A stretch of 64,000 nucleotides of DNA. Source: Hemiscyllium ocellatum (taxonomy: Eukaryota). Numbering within the stretch: the first letter of the stretch is position 1; each line of letters opens with the position of its first letter. The notes under the pieces were generated by a model. It did not search any database. It saw nothing but the letters and a program-made list of their open reading frames with translations, and had not been told where the DNA came from. This document shows positions 37,501-50,849 of this stretch, in pieces. The translations under genes and the position numbers were made by a program. The DNA lies in contig NW_026867487.1 of the NCBI RefSeq assembly GCF_020745735.1, forward strand, positions 3,596,001 to 3,660,000, written 5' to 3'.

Positions 37501-38314
37501 AAAACAGTCACAAGTTCACAGGAAGAAATATCATTGAATGGTCTCACCTAGGAAAATAGATGATCTGAGAGTGATCATACATTTTGTCGTATGTTGGCAA
37601 AACAAAAGCTCTCTCGAATAAGAATAAATAAAGGCCACCATTGGCTACAAAGGCAAAGCCAATACTTATCCATAATGCACGGAAGTCAGGTACATAATCA
37701 GAAGAACAGTCAGAAGAATTTCAAAAATCAAAATGCAGGACATACACGCTGTCAGTCAAAATTTGCAAGATGACGAGTGCAGCGGCTGATACAATGCCTT
37801 TTAAAAAAAGCATTTTAGGTGCACCCTGATTGTGACAAAAATAGATAAAGACATAAAATATCCTCATACTCTGCTTGCTCCAGTAACTACCCAATACTAA
37901 AATAAAAAAAAGTTTCTTTCCAAGGTAGTCCAGAAAACAAAAAAATTACATCCTTGAGGAACTAAAACATGTGCACATGTGCTAGTCCCAATAAGAATCA
38001 GTGGGTAATGGTCTTACAGTCAAAGTTGAATTTAACATTCCCACAGTCACAATTGAGCAATGAGACTGTTAAAATCAAAGCATCACTGCATTTCATTGAG
38101 TGTGCGCTTGACGAATGAATGGGATGTTTAAGAAAGAGGGCTATGGGCGGTTATTTGTTTGGATGTCTCTAAGTTTGGGAACTACCTACATTGCTTACCA
38201 TCATGAACAGAGGATGGAGTGTGCGCTCGGGACAGATTGCAAAGAATTCTGTATTAGCAAGCATCTACGTCAGATGCCATATCATTTGCCCTTCACTCCT
38301 CCCTAGAACATCTT

Positions 38315-38779
38315 GACACCAAGAACAGTAACGTAAAAATCCTACTCAATGATTCCAGTTCAACATTCAACACTATTGTCCCCTCTCGACTGATTACCAT
38401 ACTTAGTGATCTCAAATTAAGCCCGACTCTCTGAACCTCTGTGTCTTGACCTGCAACCCACAGTCAGTGAAGACTGAGGACAATATTTCATTCTCACTAA
38501 CACTCAACATTGCACCCACCGGGGGTGCGTACTCAGCCTCTTTCTGTACTCACTGTATATCCATGACTGCATCCCCAAATACCAGACTAATTCCATTTAC
38601 AAGTACGCTGATGATGCCACTATGTTTGGTCGACTCTTAGATGACGACAAAACTGACTACAGATGGGAGGTGGAAGATCTGGATAAATGGTGCACTCACA
38701 TCGATCGTTCTCTCAATGTTGGCAAAACCAAGGAGTCATTACTGACTTTCAGCGGGGTTTACTCATGCTCTTCCCCGCC

Positions 38780-38819
<40 letters not shown>

Positions 38820-39130
38820 TAACAGCACAGAGTTGGAAAGATTCGAAAGTTTCAAGCTCCTGGGAATGGTCATTCACAACAAGTTTTCTTGGTCTCTTCA
38901 TGTGGACTCACTGGTTACAAAGGCTCAACAACGTCTCTTCCTCATCAGGATGCTGAGGAAATTTGGCATGAATGTCAGTACCCTTATCAACATTGAGATG
39001 TGCACCATCGAGAGCATTCTGTCTGGATGTCATCACTACCCGGTATGGCAACTGTACCATTCAGGATCAGACACGGTTACAGAGAGTGATGAACTTGGCC
39101 TGGACAATCACAAAGGCCAACCTCCCATCT
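38315..39130 (+). mobile_element. Rex1/Babar-type LINE RT fragment
   Basis: SSTFNTIVPSRLI..., LTLNxAP.GCVLS.FLYSLY.HDC, IYKYADD, LNVGKTKE, ESFKLLG, KAQQRLFLIRMLRKFG. Confidence 0.8.
38779..38818. repeat. (CA)n microsatellite within the Rex1 fragment
   Basis: Read directly. Confidence 0.95.
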
Positions 39131-41074
39131 ACAGAATCCAAGAAACATATTCTTTGATCAAACTCGTCCATGCTAATTTATTTTGACAAAGTGAACCTGT
39201 TCCAATTGCCTTAATTTGGCCCACATTCCTGGAAATCTTTCCAAAGCATTTAACTGTCCAAATACACCTGAATCAAGCCATCACTACACATGCTCTCAAA
39301 CTCTATCACAATACAGGCTACTTTGCGATCATTCTTCTTAATGTCTTCTTCAGCTGCATGTGCACCTTCAGTTACTTTTAGAAAAAGAATCCATGTCCTA
39401 TTAGACATTTTTGCTATCCAACCCCTTGCAATTAAAGTCCACGCATGCGGTTCGTCTGCCAAATTGACTATATAATCACACGTTTCCACATTATTCTTCA
39501 TATGTATACAGTGAGTGAATAGTTGACACTGCGTAATGGGATAAGAGATGAAGACATGGTGCATTACTACAAGACACGTCTTAGAAATAACAGCAGCAAG
39601 TATGATGCAAAAGGTGGCACAGTCAATAAAACATTCATTTATGCCTAATGTTGTGCAGTAATAATTGAGACAGAATTGACTGTAATCAAATCAGAAACAG
39701 TGAATAGTGTCATTAGCAATAACAGTAGTAATTACGTCCGGTCCCCGTATTGTTAGTTCATTTACTCTCGAGTGTTTTCCAATTCAATTGGATCAAAGGC
39801 ATCGCTCAATAAAACGCCATGAAGGTAAGACCTATGGTGTCATATATATAACAATATGGCCATGTCAAGTAATTTTGCGAGGCATGGCGACAGGTTTAGC
39901 TCTAATCTGGGAGATTTATGCAATATAATCATTTGCTGTCGTGTCACAAACTGCGACAAAGTACGTACAGCCATGACACAATAGGAATGGAAACAAGAAA
40001 ATGGGCAATATTTGTAGAGAAATTATGTAAAGTATTGCAAAAACAAGGAGACATTGTCTATCACAGTGAAAACAAATATGACCTGTATTCTAATAGAAAT
40101 AGTACCAAATGTCGTGTGGACTGCAGAAAGTGCATGTCCTAGTGTTCTATGACATGTTACAGAGGGCAGTGCAATCGAAACTAGGCAGGATGTGCTAAGT
40201 ATCAACTGAGAATATGTGAAGTATAATCTAAATAGAAACAGGTCCAGTGTAATTTCACAAACAAAAGATCTCGTTTAAAAATAAGAACGCTAGCAATAAA
40301 TGCAATCAAAACGAATTGGTTTAACACAAATGCAGAAACCAGTATGATATTCATGAGACCAATTCAGAAATAACCAGGGACGGACTAACCGTCAAAAGTA
40401 GAGCTCTGTGTGGTGCAAAAGAAGGCGACAGAATGAATACAATCCAAATCAGAGTTTTAAGATGTTAACTGCGAGCAAACTATCATTTTCCACCTGTTTC
40501 GTGCCTGATTCAAGTATTAAATTGATGTTTCCCCACGCATTCTGATGATATCAGAAGCATTTGATAATTACACGTCCACGGAGCTTAATTTAGTGTGTTG
40601 TCGTTTCAGAAACAATTTGCATGATAGTGAGGATGCTCCACTTCATACTTACCATGCTTTTTACAGGAACCCTCGAACTAAATGATCTACAGAAATGAAG
40701 AATGCAACTCAAGACCATGCAATCAAGGAGAGGTAGGAATGAGTACCGTGACATTCACGTACTCATAATGAATTTTTTGAAAGAATGTGTTACCTAATAC
40801 CGATTGACAGTCGTCGTGGCAATTCATTTTCGGTCACTGTATCTCTGAAGTGTGTATGATATGGAAGGGAAAATCAATCATTCCTCAAAATCGAAATCAT
40901 GGTTTTGATGCAAATTTGCACTGGGAAAGTATTCTCAAAACACTTTCTAAAGTAACAGTCAAAATTTATTCTTAATGTGTTTTTTTTTCATTTATATTTA
41001 CATGGAAAATATCACAGAACCAATGCGGGATCTGTCCATTAAGCATTGGATCAGCAGTCCTCCAGTGTATTCAA

Positions 41075-41890
41075 TAAGAACGTAAGACCATAAGGCATAG
41101 CAACAGAAATTTGTACATTCAGCAAATCGAGTCTACTCCAAGCATCAATCATGGCTGACTAGTTTTTTAAGCTTCTGCTTTCACCCCGTAACCCTTGACC
41201 CCCTTCATACTCAAGAACCCAGTTATCTCAATCTTAAACATATCCCACGAACAGACCTCCACAGCCTTGTGTGGTAATGAATTCCATAGACTTACAACTC
41301 CAGCTGAAGAAGTTTGTCCTTGCTTCTGCTCTAAAATATCTTACTTTTATTCTAAGACTATGCACTCCAGCCCTCGTCTCTCATTCCAATGGAAATATCT
41401 TCCATCAACTACTCTGTCCAGACATTCAACATTCTGTAACTTTCAGTTAGATCCGCTCTCACATTCTCAATTGCATCGAGTATAAACTTAGAGTCCTCAA
41501 ACGTTCCTCCTATGTTAAAACTTTCATTCCTGTCACAAATCTTGTGAACCTCCTCTGAAAATGCGCCAGGGCCAGAACATCCATCCTCCGACCAAGGGGC
41601 ACAAAACTACGCACAGTCCAGCAAATATGGTCTGTACAGAGACTTATACCGAGCCTCAGAAGTTCATCTCTGCTTTTATATTCAAGTCCTCTCAAAATAA
41701 ATACCATAGTCGCAAATGCTTTCCTAATGATTGATGCAGTCTGCAAGTCTACCTTGAGAGAGTTATGGACTCGATCTCTGAAGTGTCTTTGCATTTCAGA
41801 CTTCTGAATATTCTCCCCAGTTTGAAAATAGTCCATGCCTCTATTCTTCTTACCAAATTGCACCTTCCACTTTCCCACATTGTACTCCAC
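41075..41890 (-). mobile_element. CR1 LINE 3' fragment
   Basis: Minus ORF MEYNVGKWKV.FGKKN...RGLEYKSRDELLRL...RRFTRFVTGMK; gaccataag-type tail. Confidence 0.85.
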
Positions 41891-42539
41891 GTGCTAATGT
41901 TTTGAAAATACCAAAGAATTCCTTTTGCCGTCGGAAGAAGAACGAATGTGGTATCCTCCCAGTCGCCTGGGCCAAGCATTTACCCTCAACGTGTTTTATT
42001 CTTGGCTCTACAAAGTAACCCTTCTCTGTTTTTTGAGTGACACAAACTCCCGAAACTGTTAAGTGTAAGAAGTGTCAATCTCTCAGATACACTGTACTCA
42101 ACTAATGTCATCCTCTCCAAGAATTGCATCGCCTTCAGAAGATCCATACTTGTAGAGAAAGCAGATCTCCAGCACATGGTGATATGCTATCCAAAGGAAT
42201 AAAGTAGAAAAGCATATTTCACCCTGGCTTCGAGAGTTGAGCATTGCAGATCTGCCTTAAAAGCCTGTGCCACCATTGGAACCATGATCGATTTTCGATG
42301 GGCCTGAGATTACAATAATTGCCATGGAGGCGAAGCGACTCCAAAAGCACCGATTTACTGACTGTCGCACTGAATAATTATTGCTTTTTTTGCCTCGATT
42401 CTTCATTATTTAAATCTTATTGCGGGAGGTGAAGTGGTCATTTCGAAGTTGAGATGTATTATCACACAGGCTGGTGTGGATTGAGGTCAGAACTCACAGT
42501 GAGCTGAGCAAAACATTGACTTTCTCGTTGGCTACAGGG

Positions 42540-43560
42540 AAGTTATCAGTTGACGAGAGAAAAGAAATTGTGACTCAATTTTTCAGAAGGATGATCGGGA
42601 TGAACTAGAAAATTACGGTGTAGTGTTTACAAAATCAATGTTAGAGAAATCATTGGGGAATATACTGAAATGCAGTATTAATCTCGATGAGAAGAGATTT
42701 GGTTTCAACAGAGATAATCAGTGAGGCTTTGTCTGAAGGAAGCAATTTCTAACACATTAATTGAATTTGTTGACGAGGAGACATTTATGTAATGAAGTCC
42801 GTTGCGCAGATGCTGTTTCCTTCATTTTTATGCATTTCAGCAAAGCCCACATAGGAGATTGAAAAAGATTCTAAACTCAGATGGGATCAACGGTAATATG
42901 ACAATTTGGATTTTGAACTGGCTTACTGGTATAAGAGTCGGAATGATAGTCAATGCCTCTTTCTATAAATGGAACTCAGTGTGCAGTGGTGTAACGAAGA
43001 TAAATGATGAGTCCTTTATTGTTTTTGACGTATATGTAAACGGTATAGGTTAGGTTTTGGGACGAGTGTACGTACATTTACAAAGGGCACAGGGGGCAGT
43101 TTGGTTAGTAGAGTTTAAGAACGTCTTAATTTGCAGGAATATTTCAAAAGATTGGTCAGATGGGTAGATGGATGGCAGATGGAGTTTTACTCCAGCAATG
43201 CCCTTTACTAAAGGAAATCTATGATCCTCACTTGGTGTGTGCTACATGTGATGCCAGATGCATACCAATATGGTCAAATTTTAACTGATAACTGGGCAAT
43301 AAATATTGGACTAGGAAGCAACTCTCACATGCCGAAAATATTTTTTCAAATATTTTAAAATGATGCACATTGTAGGTCAACAAGACAATGGAGTATGATG
43401 ATAGTGCAATACAAGACTGGTTCAGCCTGCAGCTAAGTACTCTGTACACTTTTAATTACCACACTATTGTAGTGGCATGATCGCACTGGAGGGCGTGAAC
43501 AAGAGGTTCACCAGGATATTGCCTGAATAGAAGCAATTTAGTTTGGAAGACAGGCTGACT
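42540..43560 (+). mobile_element. Old CR1 RT fragment
   Basis: Remnants of ANVT.IFxK, HGFxKGxS, DFxKAF, WIxNWL and DGWQMEF. Confidence 0.65.
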
Positions 43561-43589
43561 TACACATATAGATTAGTCATAGATTCCAC

Positions 43590-43830
43590 GTAGTGCAGAC
43601 GCAGGAAATTTGGCCTATCAGTCCATATTGATCGTCTGAACAGCATCGCACCCACACCCATCCTATCAATCTCATCCCACAATTTCCATGGGTAATCCCC
43701 TTAGCCTGTACGTCTTTGGATAGTAAAAGAAACGGCAGCACTCAAAGGAAACACAGGCAGTAAGTAAGAATATGCAAACTCCACACAGATGGACATCCAA
43801 GTGTGGAATTGAGCTGTGACATGGTTTGTT
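43590..43830 (-). mobile_element. Old HE1-like SINE remnant
   Basis: tgcaaactccacacag...ggaattgagc matches the SINE body. Confidence 0.5.
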
Positions 43831-44149
43831 GGGACATTCAAAATGAAATTGGATGATAATATTCCGGGGTTGTGGTTTGAAATTGAACATGTTATTCTTT
43901 GAGTTGCTCCTTAAGAGAAACGGCAGATCGAATATTCTTTAATCATGCTTTCATATTGTTCAATGATTATTGAATCGGGGGCAGGATGCATTCTGTTCCA
44001 GAACAGCAGCATTCCTTTAAGCCTGCTTACCAGTCTAAAGTGAATATTTGCAGTCTTTGAATATTGCAGTCTTGATAGTGTTTCTTGAAGCTGCACTCAG
44101 TTTAATGTTGCCTTAACATCTCGCCTGACCACTGAAGGCCACCTCTTCT

Positions 44150-44600
44150 GACTCGTTGAAACGAGACTGAATTCAAGTCGGAATTGGTGTGACTTTCGGA
44201 TCAAGAAAACTGCGAGCAATTTATCAGGTTGTTTCTACATAAACATATGTTTTTTGCACTGTCGATGATTTCTCAATTCTCTTTAACAGTCCTCAAGGAT
44301 GGGCTAGCAGGCTGGCAATTGTTTAGTCTGGATTTGCCGCGACTCTTTCAGGTAATGAACACAGCTGTGCAGACTTCAACATTGCTGGTTCGATACCAGC
44401 ATTGTTGCTGTACTAGGACAGTTTGGCTTGAGCTCAGATTTTCTGGAAGAGTATTTCATGAACGTTGTCAGCGCTGTCGCTTTCTTTTCAAAGAGTGCAG
44501 CCAACCATTACTATAGAAAATTAGCGTTAATCAAATTGGGGAAGATGAACATCTGCTATCTGGGACCAGAGGGGGATGCAGCAATGGAACATTCATTCCG
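44150..44600 (-). mobile_element. CR1/L2-clade LINE fragment (second family)
   Basis: By-eye similarity to the antisense of the 24095 family and to the 32200 fragment. Confidence 0.4.
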
Positions 44601-45579
44601 TATTTCTAATTGATGATTAATGTAATCATTTTGTTTATGCTTTAGTGCAGGACTTCCCATAATTCAACTAAGAACACGTGGCATGCAGCAGTTCAACAAT
44701 GCAACGCACCATTCTTTCAAAAGCTATTCGGGGCAGGAAACACATCAGCCTGAGATATGCATGAGTGAATAGAAAAATAGAATGAGAGGGTTGGTGATAT
44801 TTGTGGCCCCTCAACTTAGTTGCTGATTTCTTCATCGTTTCCGTCTGGTGCACCATTTGTGTTGATCATATATTTTATAAATTGATTGCTACACCAAATA
44901 GATAGACTTATCACACACAACATTCACTGCTGGGTATGCTTATGGAAGATATTGCTCATGACTATCATAATTGATACATATTAGTATTTATCTGCGTGCT
45001 TGATGAGATATTCTGTGCGTCTGTTAAGATTGTATGTGTATCTATGGCTGTTGGTATCTGGCTTTGTTTCTATTGGTGTGTTACGTCATACCCAGGCCCA
45101 TGTTTCAGTGTTTTGTTTTCAATGACAACGGTTCCCTCATGGTGTTTACAGCTCTCTCTGCAGACTGTCTTATTTCAGATTTAATGGGCTTCTCCTGACC
45201 ATGAAAAGTCTTTGCATATCAATATTCAAATCACTTATTTCATAACCATCTCAACCAAATTGACGCTGTTTTCAAACATGGTGATTTTTCTGCTTGCATT
45301 TATTGGCACATCTCCGTGTTCATGTCTGTCGGTTATTGTACACAGGTGAACGTGTCCGAATCTTTGCACTGAAAACAAAAATGCCAGGAATGACAGTGGA
45401 TGGGCAGCAGACGTGGAGAGAGGGAATGCAAATATTTTGACTCGAGACGACTCTTCAAGAGAATTTTGTTTTTACCATTGGATGATGCTTTCAGAAAAAG
45501 CTTCCTTTCTGCAAAAAAAAAGTAATCAGTTATAGATTCTATGACATGCTCTCCCAATTGCAATATCTCCACATAAGAT

Positions 45580-46117
45580 TTCACAGTTATTTGTCACTGC
45601 CTTTGTATCTTGGCTTTAGCATGGAGTAACGAGGTTAAATCTCTGCCTATCTCTGATTATTTACCTTACTAGCATTTTTTGGAGAGGTACCTTCTGAAAA
45701 ATATGTCGCAATATTTTATGCAATTTGATATGATCGACTCTGAGTAAATGGTCTTCCAAATCACTATGCAATCGTTCTTGAATTTTTAGTGATGCTTCAA
45801 GGACACTGCGTATCCCAGTCAATAACGACGTGGGCACAGAAGCAGGTGAAGGTTCAGCATTATGCTGTATCTATTGCAATAAATATGTATGCTCTATTCT
45901 GGCACCACCATTATACATGCCAGGTTCTTCACTGTCTGTTCAACGCCGATTGGCCTGGCAAGAAGGAGAAAACTTTGAGCACTTCAAGCGGAAATTCAAG
46001 TTGGCAGAGGGCAGATTCCGAACGCCCATGTAAGATATGAAGATGACAGACAGATCATGTATGATCATGTTCTAAGACCCACAATGGATGGGGGTCCCTT
46101 GGCCTCATATAAAATTT
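45580..46117 (+). pseudogene. TRAV: Decayed TCR V-alpha-type gene segment (candidate leader remnant, V exon 45790-46079, degenerate RSS 46080-46117)
   Basis: Phase-1 AG acceptor at 45788-45789. Composite reading across frameshifts: QGHCVSQSITT/VGTEAGEGSALCCIY...ALFWHHHY...DMKMTD..MYDHVLRP, matching DSVSQ..EG..L.C.Y..LFWY.QY..TDSAMYYCxLRP. CACAATG at 46080-46086, 22-nt spacer, ATAAAATTT. Candidate donor GTAAC at 45626 gives a 164-nt intron. Has frameshifts, a stop, and loss of the second Cys. Confidence 0.75.
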
Positions 46118-46439
46118 AACATACTTCGAATAAAAAAAGGCCTTTACCAGAAAAACATGTGAGGATGACGCACAGTTAATTTCAAGTGGGAATGAATTTG
46201 ACAGTGCAGATTGTTACGAAAGCATCGCTATCACTGAGATGAATAATCATCAGATTTATGTTATTTGACATGTTTGATGAATGCTTAAATCTAACATCTA
46301 TTTCAAATACTTCCGACCACTTCAATATGAACAACGTAAGAAGTTTAGACTGTCATTCGTAAACATGCATGCTGCGAAGCAGATTGTCAAACAGATAGTT
46401 TTGGGTCCACGAGGTGGATGACACGTTTGACATCACTAA

Positions 46440-47475
46440 ATAAAACAAATTAGAAGAAACCTTCAAGATCATCTTAATGGCATAACATGCACCAAAAGAG
46501 AAGGGTTACAAGAAGAAACTGCCATTCATAGATATCGCTGTAGAACGAAAAGCCAATGAGGAACTTCAAACCTGCGTCTACAGGAAAGCAACACATACAG
46601 ACCAAATATTCAACTACAGAGCAATCATCCCAACATCCACAAACTAAGCTGCATTAGAACATTATTTCAACGAGCCACCACAAACTACAGCACTCAGGAA
46701 CGACACAGACCTGAGGAAAATCACCTATACAATGTATTCAAAAAGAATGGGTACCCATTAAACACAGTCCGCTAGTTTCTGAGCACCACCCGAAACAAGC
46801 AGACAAAACATGCTCAGAAACCCAAGCCACTCTCCCCTATATCAAAGTCATCTCGGAAATAACTGCCAGACTACTCAGACCTCTTGGTATCATGGTAGCC
46901 CACAAATCCACCAACACCTTAAAACAGCAGCTAATGAAATTGCTGGACCCTAAACAGACAACAAGCAAAACTAATCTTATTTGCAAAATACCTTGCAATA
47001 ACTGTAACAAGCACTGCATTGGACAAACAGGCATAAAACTAACCACCAGGTTTTAAGAACATCAACTAGCCACAAACCAACATGACCCACTCTGACTAGT
47101 ATCATTAAATATGGATGAGGAAGGACGCCACTTCCACTGTGACAACACATCCATCCTTGGATAAGCCAAACAGAGACACGCACGAGAATTCCTAGAGACA
47201 TGGAATTCCAACCAGAAGTCTTTCAACAAACGCATTGACTTAGATCCCATTTAACACCGCCTGAGAAAAAGAACTGGAAGTGACACCAACACAGTAAATG
47301 GTGTCACCCGATGAAATGCCACCACCAACACAAGGAAACTCAAACATATAAACAGAAAGCGGGCTACATCACTAGTGCTTAATTCGGACGCTCACTGAAG
47401 ATGTTAGTCAGTATGGTGACAAAACGCCTGAAAACGAACTTTGCAGCTCAGCGAGCAAACCGACATCTCGTCTTT
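46440..47475 (+). mobile_element. Penelope-like element, RT C-terminus + GIY-YIG endonuclease + 3' terminal repeat
   Basis: LPFIDIAVER...VYRKATHTDQ..NY..NHP...NGYP, then LPYIK.ISE..ARLLRPLGI...KIPCNNCNKHCIGQTG.KL.TR..EH; ends ctgaagatg...aaaacg...cagctcagcgagcaaac. Confidence 0.88.
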
Positions 47476-48289
47476 CCACAATTGCAAAGAAAAAAGTCCA
47501 GTTAACCGTTATCCTTCACTTTATTCGAGAAAGGTTACCAAGAGCACATATTATGCTCAGTTTTGTGTCCCTTCATTCTTCATGTAAGGCTGAGACCATA
47601 ATTATCTGCAGTAATCCAACTGTGGTATAATTTAATTGCGGATACTTACCTAATGTGAGTCCTTGCTTTCTCAAATATTTGTCTCCGAACATTACGAGTT
47701 ATTTGAAAGTTGAACTTCTTACCAACGATGAAAAACGCACCACACAGAGAGAAGGGAGAGCCAAAATTATGGCAATCCGCTTTTAGAGGGCTGTTTCTGT
47801 ACATGGAATACTTGCAAGTCATTCGATAAAAAGAAATTTGAGCGCACTGAACAATTTTAATTTGATATCACTTACTGTAGAACATACGAATGGATGAACT
47901 GGATGTGATTGCTTGCTGACGTAAATAACCACAAGTGTATGTTTCTGTCAGAGCGGAGACTCCTGACCGGTGCAGTATGTTGATTAAAAAATATGATTGG
48001 CATAGACAAGTAGTAATTTATGCATCTGAGAAGCAGGTTGAACTCACACTGAATGTAGAAACCACTTGATCAAGAACAAAATCGAAAGGCAGTTTTGTTC
48101 GAAGTGGCCTGACATATATCTTGATGTTTAACTAATATGGCAGACAGATTGATTTCAAATCGACTTGCCAGATAGCTAGATGTCCCATCAGAGAGTTTCA
48201 TAGTTTCGTGGAACGAAACAAGTATCTCCACTAAAATAAGTGCAAGTCTTAGAGAGCATAAAACAGAGCAGCAGAGATTAGAATATTCA

Positions 48290-48780
48290 GCACATCGAGT
48301 CCGTTCAGCCATTCAATGATGGCTGAAAAGTTTCTCAAACCCATTCTCCCGCTTTCTCTCTGTAACCCTTCATCCCCTTGGCAATTACAAACATTTACAC
48401 TTGGTCTACAAGATTTCTGTGACAATGAATTCTGCAGACTCACCATTCTGCGGGCTGAAGGAGTTTCCCATAACTCGTATCTAAAATGTCTTCCTTTCAC
48501 TCTAAATTTGTGCATTTCGGTCCACATCTGTCCAACCACTGGAAACATTTTCGCAACATTCACATTTTCCAGGACAATCGATATTCTGTAATTTTCATTT
48601 AGAAGTGCCCTCATTCTTATAAATGCCATCGAGTGTAGACCCAGTATTCTCAAATCTTCTTCATATCTTCAGCTTTTCATTCCTGGGATTACTCTCGTAA
48701 ACCTCTGTGCCAGATCCAGTACTAGTACATCATTCATGAGATATGGAGCTCAAAACTGCGCTCAAAATTCCTATTAAATT
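48290..48780 (-). mobile_element. CR1 LINE 3' fragment
   Basis: Minus ORF VAKMFPVVGQ...HKFRVKGR.FR.E.....ARRMVSLQNSL.Q, matching the CR1 C-terminus. Confidence 0.75.
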
Positions 48781-49654
48781 ATAATGCGAAGAACTTTTGC
48801 CCACTCACTGTTACTCATCAGTCAAAGTGTGCAGAGTGGTGAGTTCTGATACAATCTTCCCTCGATACACAAGGAAAAGGTTTTCACTTGTTATTCTGTG
48901 TTGGCAGCAACCAAACAACGAGGGGCAAAAAAGGCCAACAACTAGAATTACCGTCCGTTTTGCGTGCATTAAAAAAGGTTTAATATCATTACTCCCCTTG
49001 TTAACTCCTCATCACGAAGAAAACGAAATTGGAAATTCACTCTTCTGTTTGAACTGATGGTTGCTGAATGGAGACGTTCTGTCATGAGAACTGCTGGTGA
49101 TCAATGCATCACACACGTTACGCCCCGTGGCTCTGACTGATTTCAATCAGCATCTCATGGACCGGAATATGGCGCAGCATATTTGGATAGCAAGTGTTCA
49201 GGAATGGAAAAATTATACTTACTTTCCTATATGAGAAAAAGAGTAGAGGCTCCATGCCCCATAATCTGATAACATACCCATCATTAGGGATATAGACCTG
49301 GAACGTTGCGTAATTGTAACAGTCCTGACAATGCTTTGCAAAGAATATCTATTAGCAATCGTCGAATAATTGGAATTAATGCTCACCATGACTTTACTCA
49401 ACCTCATCACTGAAATCACTCCTGGTAGACTGAGTCTGCACCACTAATACGTTTTGAAATTTCAAAATACAGAACTTAACTGTTTATCATTATGTTATGA
49501 TACCTAATATCATCTGATGACTTGACACATTCTAAGCAAAAAGAAAGTACATTCCGAAGTTTGTCTGTGGGGCCGGCATATGGAAGAGGATGTAGTTTTA
49601 AAATTAGTTTTATGTTCAGGATGCTTCATTTGTGAAGACAATTATGAGGTAATG

Positions 49655-50120
49655 TCGTCAGGGTTGGTGGATCTGAGCTACAGGAAGAGGCTGAACAGGC
49701 TGGGGTTGTTTTCCCTGGAGGTTCGGAGGCTAAGGGGAGACCTTATAGAGGTTTACAAAATTATGAGGGGCATGGATAGGATAAATAGACAAAGTCTTTT
49801 CCCTGGGGTCGGGGAATCCAGAACTAGAGGGCATAGGTTTAGGGTGAGAGGGAAAAGATATAAAAGAGACCAAAGGGGCAACTTTTTCACGCAGAGGATA
49901 GTATGTGTATGGAATGAGCTGCCAGAGGATGTTGTGGAGGCTGGTACAATTGCAACATTTAAGAGGCATGTGTATGGGTATATGTAGAGGACGGGTTTGG
50001 AGGGATATGGGCCGGATGCTAACAGGTAGGACTAGATTGGGTTGGGATATTTGGTCGGCATGGACGGGTTGGATCGAAGGGTCTGTTTCCATGCTGTACA
50101 TCTCTATGACTCTATGACTC
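49655..50120 (+). mobile_element. Young 5'-truncated CR1 LINE
   Basis: GLVDLSYRKRLNRLGLFSLEVRRLRGDLIEVYKIMRG...WNELP; ends ctctatgactctatgact. Confidence 0.93.
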
Positions 50121-50534
50121 CAATTAACAAACATGTTTGTAAACAGATAATGCGGATTTACACAAAGTGACTGATGGTGAAATTATTAAACCCTCGTATC
50201 CTGTTAATATTGAGATTCATCCTGAATCTCTCTGATTGGCGCAATGTTGACAGAATCAGTGATGAACCCCTGACGCTCATTTTGCCTTTATTCTCCATTT
50301 CTACGATTCAGAAGGGCAAAAAGAAGGTCTTCTTAACATTGCCATGTGAGAACTGAATCGGTTAATGGGAGACAGCTCATACCATGCAAGTATTGTTGGA
50401 GAATTCCCCCATTAATGAATCTCCATCATTAAATTTAGAATTTACGATCGCTAAAATAAAGCAGAGTGCGGGTAACGATTGTCATTGCATGAATTTAAAT
50501 GTAGCGGTGCGATTGTTCGACGTGGAGGACAGGC

Positions 50535-50800
50535 GGTCAGTGGTGATAGCGTTTTAGTCTTAGAACGAGACTGTTAATCTAGTGACCCAGGCAATGATCT
50601 AGGGACTGAGGTTCGAATCTAACCACCATATAATACGGATCTGCAGTTAAGAAGCTAATGATGAACATGAAACATTGCTGACTGCCAGGCAAAAAAGACC
50701 TGGCTTCGTAAAGTTGTTGCTTGGAGGGAACTGTTGTTCTAACTTGGTCAGACGTAAACGTGACTTCCAGCAGCAACAACGTGGTCGGAGAATGATAGCC
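50535..50800 (+). mobile_element. Degenerate tRNA-headed SINE, probably DeuSINE/SacSINE1-like
   Basis: B box ggttcgaatct, then aagctaatgatgaacatgaaacattgctg...cttggtcagacg...gtgacttccag, resembling a recalled Deu domain. Confidence 0.5.
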
Positions 50801-50849
50801 ACGTACGCTGAATGAATTTTGTTTTTAAAAAGCAAATACCTCCGACAGC

